Made by a program: the position numbers and the translations under genes. From positions 1 to 64,000 of IMG/VR virus record IMGVR_UViG_3300044724_006669: a stretch of DNA of 64,000 nucleotides, one strand, 5' to 3'. The notes beneath the pieces were generated by a model. It did no database searches. It was not told the origin of the DNA and saw only the letters and a program-made list of their open reading frames with translations. The stretch's first letter is position 1; each line of letters opens with the position of its first letter. This document shows positions 8,169-17,561 of the stretch, one piece after another. The DNA comes from an uncultured virus (IMG/VR IMGVR_UViG_3300044724_006669) (lineage: Duplodnaviria; Heunggongvirae; Uroviricota; Caudoviricetes).

Positions 8169-9431
8169 ATGTCGCAAGATACAACAGTAAACAAAGACTT
8201 AGCAGACAAATTTAAAGATATACTAGGTCCAATGGATCCTGCACGTGATAGAGAAGTACGTGAAATATTAATTACTGCCCGTGTTGGTATGTTGTTACGT
8301 GCTAGTTTTTTTGGTAACCTTGCTACTAGATTGAAACTAGTCAATGCTGATGAATGGTGTGCAACTGCCGCAACTGATGGTAGAAACTTCTACTACAATT
8401 CAAAGTTTATTAAAATGCTACGTCCTAAAGAAGTTGAATTTCTTTTTGGACATGAAGTATTGCATTGTGTATATGATCATTTTGGTAGACGTGGTGACAG
8501 AGATCCTCAGTTGCACAACATAGCTGCTGACTATTGTGTAAATGCTGATCTACAAAAACACAGAGTAGGCGAGTTTATTAAGACTGTTCCATGTTTGTAT
8601 GATGTTAAGTATGAAGGTTGGAGTTCAGAAGAAGTATATGACGACCTTTATGAGAATGCTGATAAGATCGATATGGATGAGCTTGTAAAACAGTTGATTG
8701 ATCAGCACTTGGATGGTAAAGAAGGTGATGGCGACAATGACGAAGAAGGTAAAGGACCTACAAAATATTCAAAAGAAGAACGTGAAAAGATTAAAGAAGA
8801 AATAAAAGAAGCCATGCTGAGTGCCGCACAGGCATCAGATCCTGGCAACGTACCAGCAGGGGTAAAACGTATTGTTGCACAACTCACCGAGCCTAAATTA
8901 AACTGGAGAGAACTGTTACGTATGCAGATGCAGTCAACTATCAAGTCTGACTACACATTTAAACGTATGCATCGTAAGGGCTGGCACATGGATGCTATAC
9001 TTCCAGGTATGGACAACGACGAATATGTTGATATCTTTTGTGCATTAGACATGAGTGGTTCAATTGGCGCAGAGCAAGGTAGAGACTTTATGAGTGAAGT
9101 CAAAGGAATTATGGAAGAGTATGGGCAGTTCCGTGTTACTATATGTTGTTTTGATACTAGTGTTTATAATGTACAAACATTTACTGACGATAACATAGAT
9201 GCTATCGACGAGTACGAGATCAAAGGTGGTGGTGGTACTGACTTTGATTGTGTGTTTGACTACCTTAAAGAAGAAGGTATTGATCCTAAAAGATTGGTTA
9301 TGTTTACAGATGGTTATCCATTTGATTCATGGGGCGATCCTAACTACTGTGATACAGTTTTTATTATACATGGCGATAAGAATCCTAATCCGCCCTTTGG
9401 TACATGGGCACTATACGAAGATGATTCATGA
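8169..9431 (+). CDS. DUF2201-type metallopeptidase + vWA domain protein (MoxR partner)
   Basis: TAATDG, HEVLH zinc motif, NIAAD, MIDAS DMSGS, GGGGTDF, MFTDG. Confidence 0.85.
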   Translation: MSQDTTVNKDLADKFKDILGPMDPARDREVREILITARVGMLLRASFFGNLATRLKLVNADEWCATAATDGRNFYYNSKFIKMLRPKEVEFLFGHEVLHCVYDHFGRRGDRDPQLHNIAADYCVNADLQKHRVGEFIKTVPCLYDVKYEGWSSEEVYDDLYENADKIDMDELVKQLIDQHLDGKEGDGDNDEEGKGPTKYSKEEREKIKEEIKEAMLSAAQASDPGNVPAGVKRIVAQLTEPKLNWRELLRMQMQSTIKSDYTFKRMHRKGWHMDAILPGMDNDEYVDIFCALDMSGSIGAEQGRDFMSEVKGIMEEYGQFRVTICCFDTSVYNVQTFTDDNIDAIDEYEIKGGGGTDFDCVFDYLKEEGIDPKRLVMFTDGYPFDSWGDPNYCDTVFIIHGDKNPNPPFGTWALYEDDS

Positions 9432-9594
9432 TCCTGACCATTTAGATCTCGAAGAAATCACTTGTTTAGAAGAAGTAACCAATCATGACTATAGTGATGC
9501 ACCAGAATGGGCATGTCCAAGAGATTGGTTTATACGTAGCAAGTATGAATTAGAATGGAATGATCCAGAAACTGCCTGCTTTATGGAAAAATAA
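9421..9594 (+). CDS. Small acidic hypothetical protein
   Basis: In-frame ATG 9421 of the 9199..9594 ORF overlaps the vWA gene end; fills the gap. Confidence 0.45.
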   Translation: MIHDPDHLDLEEITCLEEVTNHDYSDAPEWACPRDWFIRSKYELEWNDPETACFMEK

Positions 9595-9617
9595 TACCTG
9601 GATGTATTAAACTATTA

Positions 9618-9633
9618 AATAAACTACGTAGTT
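9618..9633. promoter_or_regulatory. Palindromic site AACTACGTAGTT, copy 1
   Basis: 12-bp palindrome 9622-9633 adjacent to TAAATA 9616-9621; the same 16-mer occurs at 58384-58399. Confidence 0.5.
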
Positions 9634-9658
9634 AACGATAAAGGAGATAACTAATATA

Positions 9659-9916
9659 ATGTCAGAAGAAAACAAAGAAATTAAATTGGAATCAGGTTCA
9701 AGTGAGGAACCAGTACAATTAACACTGACAGATATCAAGTTCTGTAAAACCATTATTGAAACTGCTACAGACAGAAATGCTTGGAAAGCAGATGAGCTAG
9801 CCACAGTTGGTTTTGTCTATAATAAGATTACCGTATGGTTACAACAACAGGAACCTAAGGTAGAAACAGCATCTGAGGAGACGTCCGAAGAGCAAGGAGA
9901 AACAAAAAATGATTAA
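9659..9916 (+). CDS. Hypothetical protein
   Basis: AAGGAG RBS; acidic termini. Confidence 0.7.
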   Translation: MSEENKEIKLESGSSEEPVQLTLTDIKFCKTIIETATDRNAWKADELATVGFVYNKITVWLQQQEPKVETASEETSEEQGETKND

Positions 9917-10652
9917 ACATGTTGGTAAACACGGCGATCGAAAGGTTGCTATAATATTTAGAGAAGTTCCCGGTGAAGAGCATATGTGCTTGGTAGTATA
10001 CCCAGAAACAATGCAACAGAGCATGCATGACAGTCTAATGCAGGCTATCGAAAGCACAGAAGGACAAGCCGCCACTGACTTAGGTAATGCTCTTATGAGC
10101 AAAAGATTCAATGATGGTACCTCGATACTAGAAAGAATACATGTCGAAGGCATGATGAAAAAAGTTCAAACTGAACAAATAATTGTTACACCTACTCCAA
10201 CTTCAAGTGTTTACCTCAATGAGATGAACCGTATTGTTAATGAGATGGCAAAAGGTGAAGAAGCAGTACAACGTTTAGCAGAACTTGATGCTGACGCGGG
10301 TTATACTGGTAAAGCCAGACGCAGAGATGACTACGGACGTGATGTTGGTGGTCCAGGTGTGAATGTTCCTGCTCCAGGAAGTCTAATGGAACAGAGTAAC
10401 AAGGCTGCATTGGCTGCGGCAAATACACAAAGAGCTCAGTCTGCCGCACCAATACAGGCACCTACTACAGGAGCACTCAGTGATGAAGCAATAGCATCTA
10501 ATATGAAAACTCAAGCAGAAAGAATGGCTGCTGAAGCACAGAGTTTGTTAGCAGAATCACAACGTATGCAAGCAGAAGCCAATGCCATGATGGGTGTACA
10601 AGAAGCACCTGCTAAAAAGAAACGTGGAAGACCTGCTAAAGCAAAAGTATAA
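9909..10652 (+). CDS. Hypothetical protein with C-terminal coiled coil and AT-hook-like tail
   Basis: AAGGAG RBS; ends KKKRGRPAKAKV. Confidence 0.75.
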   Translation: MIKHVGKHGDRKVAIIFREVPGEEHMCLVVYPETMQQSMHDSLMQAIESTEGQAATDLGNALMSKRFNDGTSILERIHVEGMMKKVQTEQIIVTPTPTSSVYLNEMNRIVNEMAKGEEAVQRLAELDADAGYTGKARRRDDYGRDVGGPGVNVPAPGSLMEQSNKAALAAANTQRAQSAAPIQAPTTGALSDEAIASNMKTQAERMAAEAQSLLAESQRMQAEANAMMGVQEAPAKKKRGRPAKAKV

Positions 10653-10653
10653 A

Positions 10654-10956
10654 ATGCAAATAGCAGTAGATGATGTTGAAAAATTTCGATTGGTTCTAAA
10701 TGAAATTGATCAAGAAATGGTTCCGGTGGATCATATTAAAAAGGTCGTTTTCAAATTACAAGATGGCAAACAAAAAACCATCAATTTAGAAAAGTTAAAA
10801 AAACAAGGATTGCACATTGAAGATATCGAAGTAGTTGTAAATCGTCATCTTACATCATTTTCTAACCAGGTAAATCGTTTGCATTTTGTACTAGATGTTG
10901 AAAGCATTGCAAAAAAAATTAAACCACTCACTGAAAGGTATTTAGAGAAACTATGA
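10654..10956 (+). CDS. Hypothetical protein
   Basis: ATG 10654 just after the previous stop; ATGA-coupled to thyX. Confidence 0.65.
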   Translation: MQIAVDDVEKFRLVLNEIDQEMVPVDHIKKVVFKLQDGKQKTINLEKLKKQGLHIEDIEVVVNRHLTSFSNQVNRLHFVLDVESIAKKIKPLTERYLEKL

Positions 10957-11636
10957 ACGTAAGATTAGTATCATATAGTAAAGCAAGTGAATTCGAAACC
11001 TACGAAGAAGGCGGGTTATTAGATATACAGGATTTAATTGCCTATTGTGCAAAAGTTTCAAATCCAAATCATCAAATCAACACAGAAACACACGAACGTC
11101 TACTAAACTATTTGGTAAAACACAAACATTGGTCACCATTTGAAATGGCCAGTGCCTGCTTAGAAGTAGATACAACACGTGATATTGCACATCAAATAGT
11201 ACGTCATCGTAGTTTTAGTTTTCAAGAATTTTCACAACGTTATGCGAATCCACAAGAAATGGGAGACATGTTTGAGTATGCTGAATGCAGATTGCAGGAT
11301 ACAAAAAACAGACAGAACAGTATTCAAACTGAAAATGTTATGTTGCACCAAGAGTGGACTGAAATGCAGGACAAAGTAATAGAAGCATGCAAAGAAGCAT
11401 ACGAATGGGCAATTGAAAACAACATAGCAAAAGAACAAGCTAGAAAGATTCTTCCTGAAGGATTAACAAAAACAAGACTTTACATGAATGGTACAATACG
11501 TAGTTGGATACACTATATTGATCTGCGTGGTGCTAACGGCACACAACTAGAGCATATGCAAATTGCTCATGCCTGTGCTGATGCAATAGCAAAAATATTT
11601 CCTAACATAAAGGCGTATGCTCATGGCAAAGAATAG
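10953..11636 (+). CDS. thyX: Flavin-dependent thymidylate synthase
   Basis: HWSPFE, RHRSFSFQEFSQRY signature, EQAR.ILP. Confidence 0.95.
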   Translation: MNVRLVSYSKASEFETYEEGGLLDIQDLIAYCAKVSNPNHQINTETHERLLNYLVKHKHWSPFEMASACLEVDTTRDIAHQIVRHRSFSFQEFSQRYANPQEMGDMFEYAECRLQDTKNRQNSIQTENVMLHQEWTEMQDKVIEACKEAYEWAIENNIAKEQARKILPEGLTKTRLYMNGTIRSWIHYIDLRGANGTQLEHMQIAHACADAIAKIFPNIKAYAHGKE

Positions 11637-12660
11637 AAAAAAGAAAAAATCAATCACAAGACAACCTAAACAAACCGCAGTAAAGGTTGAACAAAAAAGA
11701 ATACTTGTGACAGGAGGTCTTGGCTTCATTGGGCACAAGGTTGTTGAACAGTTGCAAAAACAAAATCATCGAGTCGAAGTAATTGATGCACTAACCACTT
11801 ACGGACTATTAGACAAAAGTGAATTAGAATATCTATACAATGAAAGACTGGCAAAATTTGATGATGACACAATGATTCACAAAATTGATGTTGCTGAAAT
11901 TGAATTGGTAAATGATATTTTCTTAAAATTGAAACCAGACTATGTTGTACATCTTGCTAGTTTTCCAAATGAAAAGTTGGCAAGTGAAAACCCAGTAGAA
12001 GCTGCACATACAATGTGTCAGGGACTTGCTAACATATTGGAAAACAGTGCAAGACACAACATCAAAAGGTTATTGTATGTAAGTTCAAGCATGGTACTTG
12101 GCGACTTTTCGTTTCCTGCTGATGAAACACACACTCCAGATCCAAAAGGCAGTTATGCTATATGGAAACATGCTGGTGAAAAATTGGTAGAAAACTTTAA
12201 TAAACAACACAACCTTGATTATGTAACAGTTCGACCAAGTGCAGTTTATGGCCCATTGGATAACTGTGATAGAGTTATAGGAAAATTTATTCTAAATGCT
12301 AAAGCAGATAGAACACTATCAGTAAATGGTGAAGATGAGAGATTGGATTTTACCTATGTTGATGATCTAGCCGAAGGAATGATTTTAGCATTGCTGAAGG
12401 GTAAAACTGGCATCTATCATCTAACTAAAGGTGATGCTAAAACAATAAAAGAAGCCGCAGACGCAGTTGTTAAAATTGTAGGCAAAGGCACAGTTGAGAT
12501 CAATGATCGAGATGCAAATATGCCTAGTAGAGGCACATTAAACATTGATAAAGCAAAAACGGATTTGAACTTTGATCCAAAAATCAACTTAGAAGAAGGC
12601 ATCAAACTATACCATGAGTGGCTTAGAAATTCCGTTTACTGGACTAAAAAAACAGTATAA
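11617..12660 (+). CDS. NAD-dependent nucleotide-sugar epimerase/dehydratase
   Basis: TGGLGFIG, SSS, YAIWK (YxxxK), VYGP, DFTYVDD. Start may be 11623. Confidence 0.9.
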   Translation: MLMAKNRKKKKSITRQPKQTAVKVEQKRILVTGGLGFIGHKVVEQLQKQNHRVEVIDALTTYGLLDKSELEYLYNERLAKFDDDTMIHKIDVAEIELVNDIFLKLKPDYVVHLASFPNEKLASENPVEAAHTMCQGLANILENSARHNIKRLLYVSSSMVLGDFSFPADETHTPDPKGSYAIWKHAGEKLVENFNKQHNLDYVTVRPSAVYGPLDNCDRVIGKFILNAKADRTLSVNGEDERLDFTYVDDLAEGMILALLKGKTGIYHLTKGDAKTIKEAADAVVKIVGKGTVEINDRDANMPSRGTLNIDKAKTDLNFDPKINLEEGIKLYHEWLRNSVYWTKKTV

Positions 12661-13708
12661 TAACCTTAGATCAGAAGTTCTCGATACCATTGATATAGTA
12701 TTGCGTAGTGGCCAACTGATGAATGGCAACTACACACAAGAATTTGAATCATGGTTAGCAAAACGAAACAACGTTGATCATGCCATTACAATTGGTTCAG
12801 GTACAGTTGCACTTGAAGCAATAGCACGTTATCATTACAAACAACTTAATCTCAATAAGCCACAGGTTATCGTTCCGAACTTAACCTATCGTGCAACTGC
12901 AAACTCATGGATTTCAGCAGGATGGGAAGTTGTGGTAGCTGATACTGACTCATATGGCATGCTGGATATTGACAGTATACAACCACATCACTACAACACA
13001 ATGGCAGTGTGTTTGGTAGGATTGTATGGCAACAGTCTAAAGAATTATCAAACACAACGTTTTAGAGATTTGGTTGCAGAACACGATTGGATCTTGGTAG
13101 AAGATGCGGCTCAGCATTGGCTCAGTTGGGATTGTAAAAGAATCTCCACCAGTGCAATAAGTTTTGATCCTACAAAGAATCTTGCAAACTATGCCAACGG
13201 CGGAGCCGTGCTTACCAACACTGTAAGTATAGATAGATTTGTAAGATGGTACAGAGCCAATGGGTCGGCCCATGTTACTGGTGGAACAAACAGTCGTATG
13301 AGTGAAATAGACTGTGCAACAATGCTTGTTAAAACCAAATACATAGACGAATGGCAAGAACGCAGACAAACAATTGGTCTTTATTGGATAGAAAGATTAA
13401 ACGAAAAGTCAGATATTAGATGCTTAATTGATAGTTCTAATTTACAGGAACATTGTTTTCATAAATTTGTCATTGATTGCAATACAGATAGAAATAAAAT
13501 AAAAGAGTATTTACAACAAGCAGGTATAGATTCCAAAGTACACTATGAATATGGTATTAACGAAATAGGATCATTTCATGGTGTAAAACCATTGCTTGCC
13601 AGCAGTACAAGCCTTTCACGACGTGTGCTTAGTTTACCTATATACCCTGAATTGACTGATCTTGAAGTTGAGTACATAATTGATCAGGTGTTAGATTGTG
13701 TTGCTTGA
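12614..13708 (+). CDS. DegT/DnrJ/EryC1/StrS PLP sugar aminotransferase
   Basis: SGT.AL, EDAAQ, SFDPTKNL (PLP lysine), LSLPIYPEL. Confidence 0.9.
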   Translation: MSGLEIPFTGLKKQYNNLRSEVLDTIDIVLRSGQLMNGNYTQEFESWLAKRNNVDHAITIGSGTVALEAIARYHYKQLNLNKPQVIVPNLTYRATANSWISAGWEVVVADTDSYGMLDIDSIQPHHYNTMAVCLVGLYGNSLKNYQTQRFRDLVAEHDWILVEDAAQHWLSWDCKRISTSAISFDPTKNLANYANGGAVLTNTVSIDRFVRWYRANGSAHVTGGTNSRMSEIDCATMLVKTKYIDEWQERRQTIGLYWIERLNEKSDIRCLIDSSNLQEHCFHKFVIDCNTDRNKIKEYLQQAGIDSKVHYEYGINEIGSFHGVKPLLASSTSLSRRVLSLPIYPELTDLEVEYIIDQVLDCVA

Positions 13709-15626
13709 ATAGGTATTCTGCCAGCCAATCCCATTCGTATGTTAGACGCAGTTTTGCAAAATTGCCTTCAACTGCGTCATAGTAATCAACTGCATCTTGT
13801 GCACCAATTGCACTCCAACCAGCTACAGCAGACGTTGTATCTGCTTTTAACCACTGTTTAAGACGGTAGTTGGATTCTATGTTGGGCAAACTATTTTTGA
13901 GCTTTAAACATTCACGAAACGCACTACGCCAGGCAATCCATGGGTCATCAGCATAACGAGCAATACCACTGAGAAGTGGCACAACTTCATGTTCTTGATC
14001 AAGTGTAAAGTCTAACCCTTGAGATTGGTTCACTGCAACAAGTTTTTTATTATATGCAATCATTGCCATGTGTCCATATACCAATCCATTTACAGGATTT
14101 TTAGCATGAAATATATAGTGCTTTGCTTGTTGTAACCTATCTGGTTGCCACGTCCAATCAAAATCTGCGTTCACTTCAAGTTTAGCGAACACACAAAATG
14201 CCCAGTCGGTGTTACTTGCTTCTAAACTAGCACGATATGCTTCTGCTCTGCCTTTTACTCCATCTACTCTGACAATACGATTTTGACCTTTATGTACTTT
14301 AATTAGATGTTCCCAATTTTTTTCGGCATTGCTTTCATCATTGCTAATAAAAACAATATCAAGTGGTCTAGCTTGTTTAGGTTTGTGTTTTTTATCTATC
14401 CATTTATAATCATATACTTGTGTATTAATATAATTTTTTGCATCTTTAGGTACTAACACACACTCACTTCCTTTTGCTAAAGGAACAACTGTTCTGAGTC
14501 TTTCTTGCCATAAACTAATGGTAACTTGTTTCTCTGGTTTATACCTGTAAAATTGTACCACTGGCTCTTGAAAATTATGACTCCAGACTGCATCAACTAC
14601 ACTGTCTGAATCATACTTTATCTGAGGACAATCCTTACGTTTTACTGTATAAGGAACAAAATTTAAAGGATTGTACCATTCCAACAATTTGATGTTTTTT
14701 GCATTTTCCAAAAAACTTTCTACATTAATAAAAAACGTATCACCAAACTCTTGTTCGTTACTAGGAAATACATGTAACATGCTGTGTTGCCATAGTTCAG
14801 GATGCCAACTAAAGTCAAAGTTTTCATAATCGCATAGGTCGCTTATTATCCAAACATACTCATGACCATTTAGCTTTTTCAAAACACGTATTAGTGTGTC
14901 AAGATAGTTTGATATAAATCTAGTAGTACTTAAAATAGGAATTGTACCTTGATAAACAAAGTCTTTGTTAAGATGTTTAATAAGCACTACGCCTGAAGCA
15001 ACAGCTTTTACTTTTGTGGTAATATCTCCTACATACTTGACTTCGATTGCTCCTGGTACCTCATATCGTGGCCCACCTGTTTTTTGATGTTGTGTGCCAA
15101 ATTGATAAATGAAAGGTTTCTCAGTGTTGTCAGGATGCCATGTATAATCAAAGTTTTCGATATTTGCTTCAGGTACAACCCAATGTAAATCAACTGATGT
15201 TTTATTAATGCGAGGACTATCTACATATTTTATGTTTGTAGCACCAGGAATCACGTACCTTGGGCCGCCTGTTTTTTGCCATTGTGTGCCAAATTGATAG
15301 ATAAAATCTGGCTCTGTTGGATCAGGGTGCCATGAATAGTCAAATTCAAATTCTGTGCTATCCCAATTATCCTGTGTAGGTAATCGTGTCACTGTTTGTT
15401 CTTGATTGTATTTTGTTTCGGTATACCCATGTTTTGGAACAAGATATGTACCAGAATCCTTTTGCCACTGTGATCCAAAAGCATGTCTAAAATCTTTTTC
15501 CCAGGGAGCCGGCTCCCAGGCAAAGTCAAAATTAGAATAATCACAGTGCTTATTTAGTACCCATAAGTACCTAGTCTTGCACTGTGCAAGAGAATCTTTA
15601 TTGTATGAGTAACATTTATCAAACAT
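13638..15626 (-). CDS. Glycosyltransferase-like protein with N-terminal WHP repeats
   Basis: C-domain DIVFISNDE..RVDGVKG..NPVNGLVYG..AFRECLK is paralogous to 34908-35837; internal repeats. Confidence 0.6.
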   Translation of the reverse strand: MFDKCYSYNKDSLAQCKTRYLWVLNKHCDYSNFDFAWEPAPWEKDFRHAFGSQWQKDSGTYLVPKHGYTETKYNQEQTVTRLPTQDNWDSTEFEFDYSWHPDPTEPDFIYQFGTQWQKTGGPRYVIPGATNIKYVDSPRINKTSVDLHWVVPEANIENFDYTWHPDNTEKPFIYQFGTQHQKTGGPRYEVPGAIEVKYVGDITTKVKAVASGVVLIKHLNKDFVYQGTIPILSTTRFISNYLDTLIRVLKKLNGHEYVWIISDLCDYENFDFSWHPELWQHSMLHVFPSNEQEFGDTFFINVESFLENAKNIKLLEWYNPLNFVPYTVKRKDCPQIKYDSDSVVDAVWSHNFQEPVVQFYRYKPEKQVTISLWQERLRTVVPLAKGSECVLVPKDAKNYINTQVYDYKWIDKKHKPKQARPLDIVFISNDESNAEKNWEHLIKVHKGQNRIVRVDGVKGRAEAYRASLEASNTDWAFCVFAKLEVNADFDWTWQPDRLQQAKHYIFHAKNPVNGLVYGHMAMIAYNKKLVAVNQSQGLDFTLDQEHEVVPLLSGIARYADDPWIAWRSAFRECLKLKNSLPNIESNYRLKQWLKADTTSAVAGWSAIGAQDAVDYYDAVEGNFAKLRLTYEWDWLAEYLFKQHNLTPDQLCTQLQDQSIQGI
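15030..15344 (-). repeat. Tandem intragenic repeat (41-aa core, 192-nt period)
   Basis: FDYSWHPDPTEPDFIYQFGTQWQKTGGPRY (15222-15344) versus FDYTWHPDNTEKPFIYQFGTQHQKTGGPRY (15030-15152). Confidence 0.85.
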
Positions 15627-16683
15627 GATTAGAATTGATGAAATTTACGATGGTGTTTTTGTACCAGTTGTTAAAAACATACCCAGTACAGGACTCCATT
15701 GGTTTGACCCATTTGGTAGTACAGATTTTAAGGATATTTGTAACAAGCCGGCAGTACATGGCGTTCCTAATAATAGAATTATAATGTGGGATCAAGAACC
15801 AATTTATCGTAATAGATTTATACCATTTATTGACCAGTTCAAACCACTTTATTTGCATACAAACAAATGTAGACTTGTTACGAGCGAATACAACAGCGAA
15901 GATGCTTCTTGGGCCAAAGATACTTATGGTCTTGAAATGGACTACTATTTCTTTCATGGCTGGGCTGCACTTGATTGGTATCGAGGTTATAATAGAACTA
16001 GTATAGCACAAAAATTTTCAGAACGCAAGCCTTATAATACTTTTCTTTGTCCTAACAACATAATTGGTGGAGAACGTAAACATCGTATTGAAATGCTTCA
16101 ACAGTTTGTTGGGCGAGATTTACTTGATAAAAATTTAATATCATTTCCAGACGTATGTCCATACGAAGGACAAAGTTTACAATTATTATGTGTAAAGTAT
16201 GATTTAGATTGTCCTCAGGTTCGACTACCCTTAATGATAGATAACGGGTCAGGTTATGCGGCAAAGAGCCATCAAATTGATTTATGGGAACAAGCAAACA
16301 ATAGTCTGATACACATAGTTACTGAAACAGTATATCGAGGACGTAAAAATCATCTAACAGAAAAATCTTTCAAACCAATTGTAATGCAACAACCTTTTAT
16401 AATACAGAGTTGCAAAGGTAGCTTAGAGTATTTGCGTAGATATGGTTTTAAAACATTTAGTGAATTTTGGGACGAATCATACGATGAAGCAGATGATTCA
16501 GTTCGCACATATGAGATAGGCAAACTGTTACAAGACATTAATAATATGAGTCAAAAAGAAAAGACCACCTTGCAAACCGCAGTAAATAGCATTGTAGAGC
16601 ACAACTACAATTGGTTTTACAGTGCAGATTTTGAAAAACTCTTATGGAATGAACTACAAGGAATGATGGCAAAATGGATTTGA
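15625..16683 (+). CDS. 'TEK' family putative glycosyltransferase (GT10-like motif), paralog 1
   Basis: IVTET..LTEKSFKPI...PFI...LRRYGFKTF.EFWDESYD. Confidence 0.55.
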   Translation: MIRIDEIYDGVFVPVVKNIPSTGLHWFDPFGSTDFKDICNKPAVHGVPNNRIIMWDQEPIYRNRFIPFIDQFKPLYLHTNKCRLVTSEYNSEDASWAKDTYGLEMDYYFFHGWAALDWYRGYNRTSIAQKFSERKPYNTFLCPNNIIGGERKHRIEMLQQFVGRDLLDKNLISFPDVCPYEGQSLQLLCVKYDLDCPQVRLPLMIDNGSGYAAKSHQIDLWEQANNSLIHIVTETVYRGRKNHLTEKSFKPIVMQQPFIIQSCKGSLEYLRRYGFKTFSEFWDESYDEADDSVRTYEIGKLLQDINNMSQKEKTTLQTAVNSIVEHNYNWFYSADFEKLLWNELQGMMAKWI

Positions 16684-17561
16684 TAACAGATCTAGCTGAA
16701 ACTATTATGTTTAAAAACATTACAAATCTTTATTTTTTATTACCAGAAAATTTATTAGTAAAAAATGTTAGTGCTGATGCTGTACGAGCAGGTTTTAAGG
16801 CAGAAAATTTACATTTTATCGAAAAATCCACTAAAAGTCGTGATCTCGCAGGTATTACCTATACGTGTAGCGATGAACTGCTTTACCGCCATCGTAATAG
16901 AAGTATGCCTACTGTATTTCATACTCAAGAACGGAGCAAGAATTTTACTGCACTTGTCCGCACACACAGACAATGGCGTGCATACACAATGGCAAGATTA
17001 TGGAGTAAAGGTTTACACAAGAAAGGATACTTTGGATATAACAATCGAATCACTGTGGAAGATGATATAAACCCAATTGATACTAGCAACTTAGGAAGTC
17101 TAAAACATCATACAGAATTTTTTTTAAAAATGGCTCCTTTTCATTGTGACTTATTGACACCAGACGAACATGCAGACATGAAATACACAGTAGGACTGCA
17201 TCACAGTGATGCTTACTTTAATTTTGTTATAGAAAGTGATCTCAACGGTCCTGTCAGATTAACTGAAAAAGTTTTTAGAGCAATTAAAAACTGTCAACCA
17301 TTTGTCTTAGCAGGGGCAATGGGGTCAGTAACTCAATTACGTGAAATGGGATATAAAACATTTGATCATGTAGTTGATCATTCATATGATGAGATTGAAG
17401 ATGCAACTGAACGTTGGAAGGCAGTATGTACAGAAATGTGTAGAATTGCAAAATCAAAAAAGACGCACAGTATGTATGTGGATTGCAAAGATGATCTCAT
17501 ACATAATCAACAATTGTTCTTAAACAAAGAAAGCAATGATATATTAATATGTCCAAAGTAA
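16674..17561 (+). CDS. 'TEK' family putative glycosyltransferase, paralog 2
   Basis: VIES..LTEKVFRAI...PFV...LREMGYKTF...DHSYD. Confidence 0.55.
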   Translation: MDLITDLAETIMFKNITNLYFLLPENLLVKNVSADAVRAGFKAENLHFIEKSTKSRDLAGITYTCSDELLYRHRNRSMPTVFHTQERSKNFTALVRTHRQWRAYTMARLWSKGLHKKGYFGYNNRITVEDDINPIDTSNLGSLKHHTEFFLKMAPFHCDLLTPDEHADMKYTVGLHHSDAYFNFVIESDLNGPVRLTEKVFRAIKNCQPFVLAGAMGSVTQLREMGYKTFDHVVDHSYDEIEDATERWKAVCTEMCRIAKSKKTHSMYVDCKDDLIHNQQLFLNKESNDILICPK

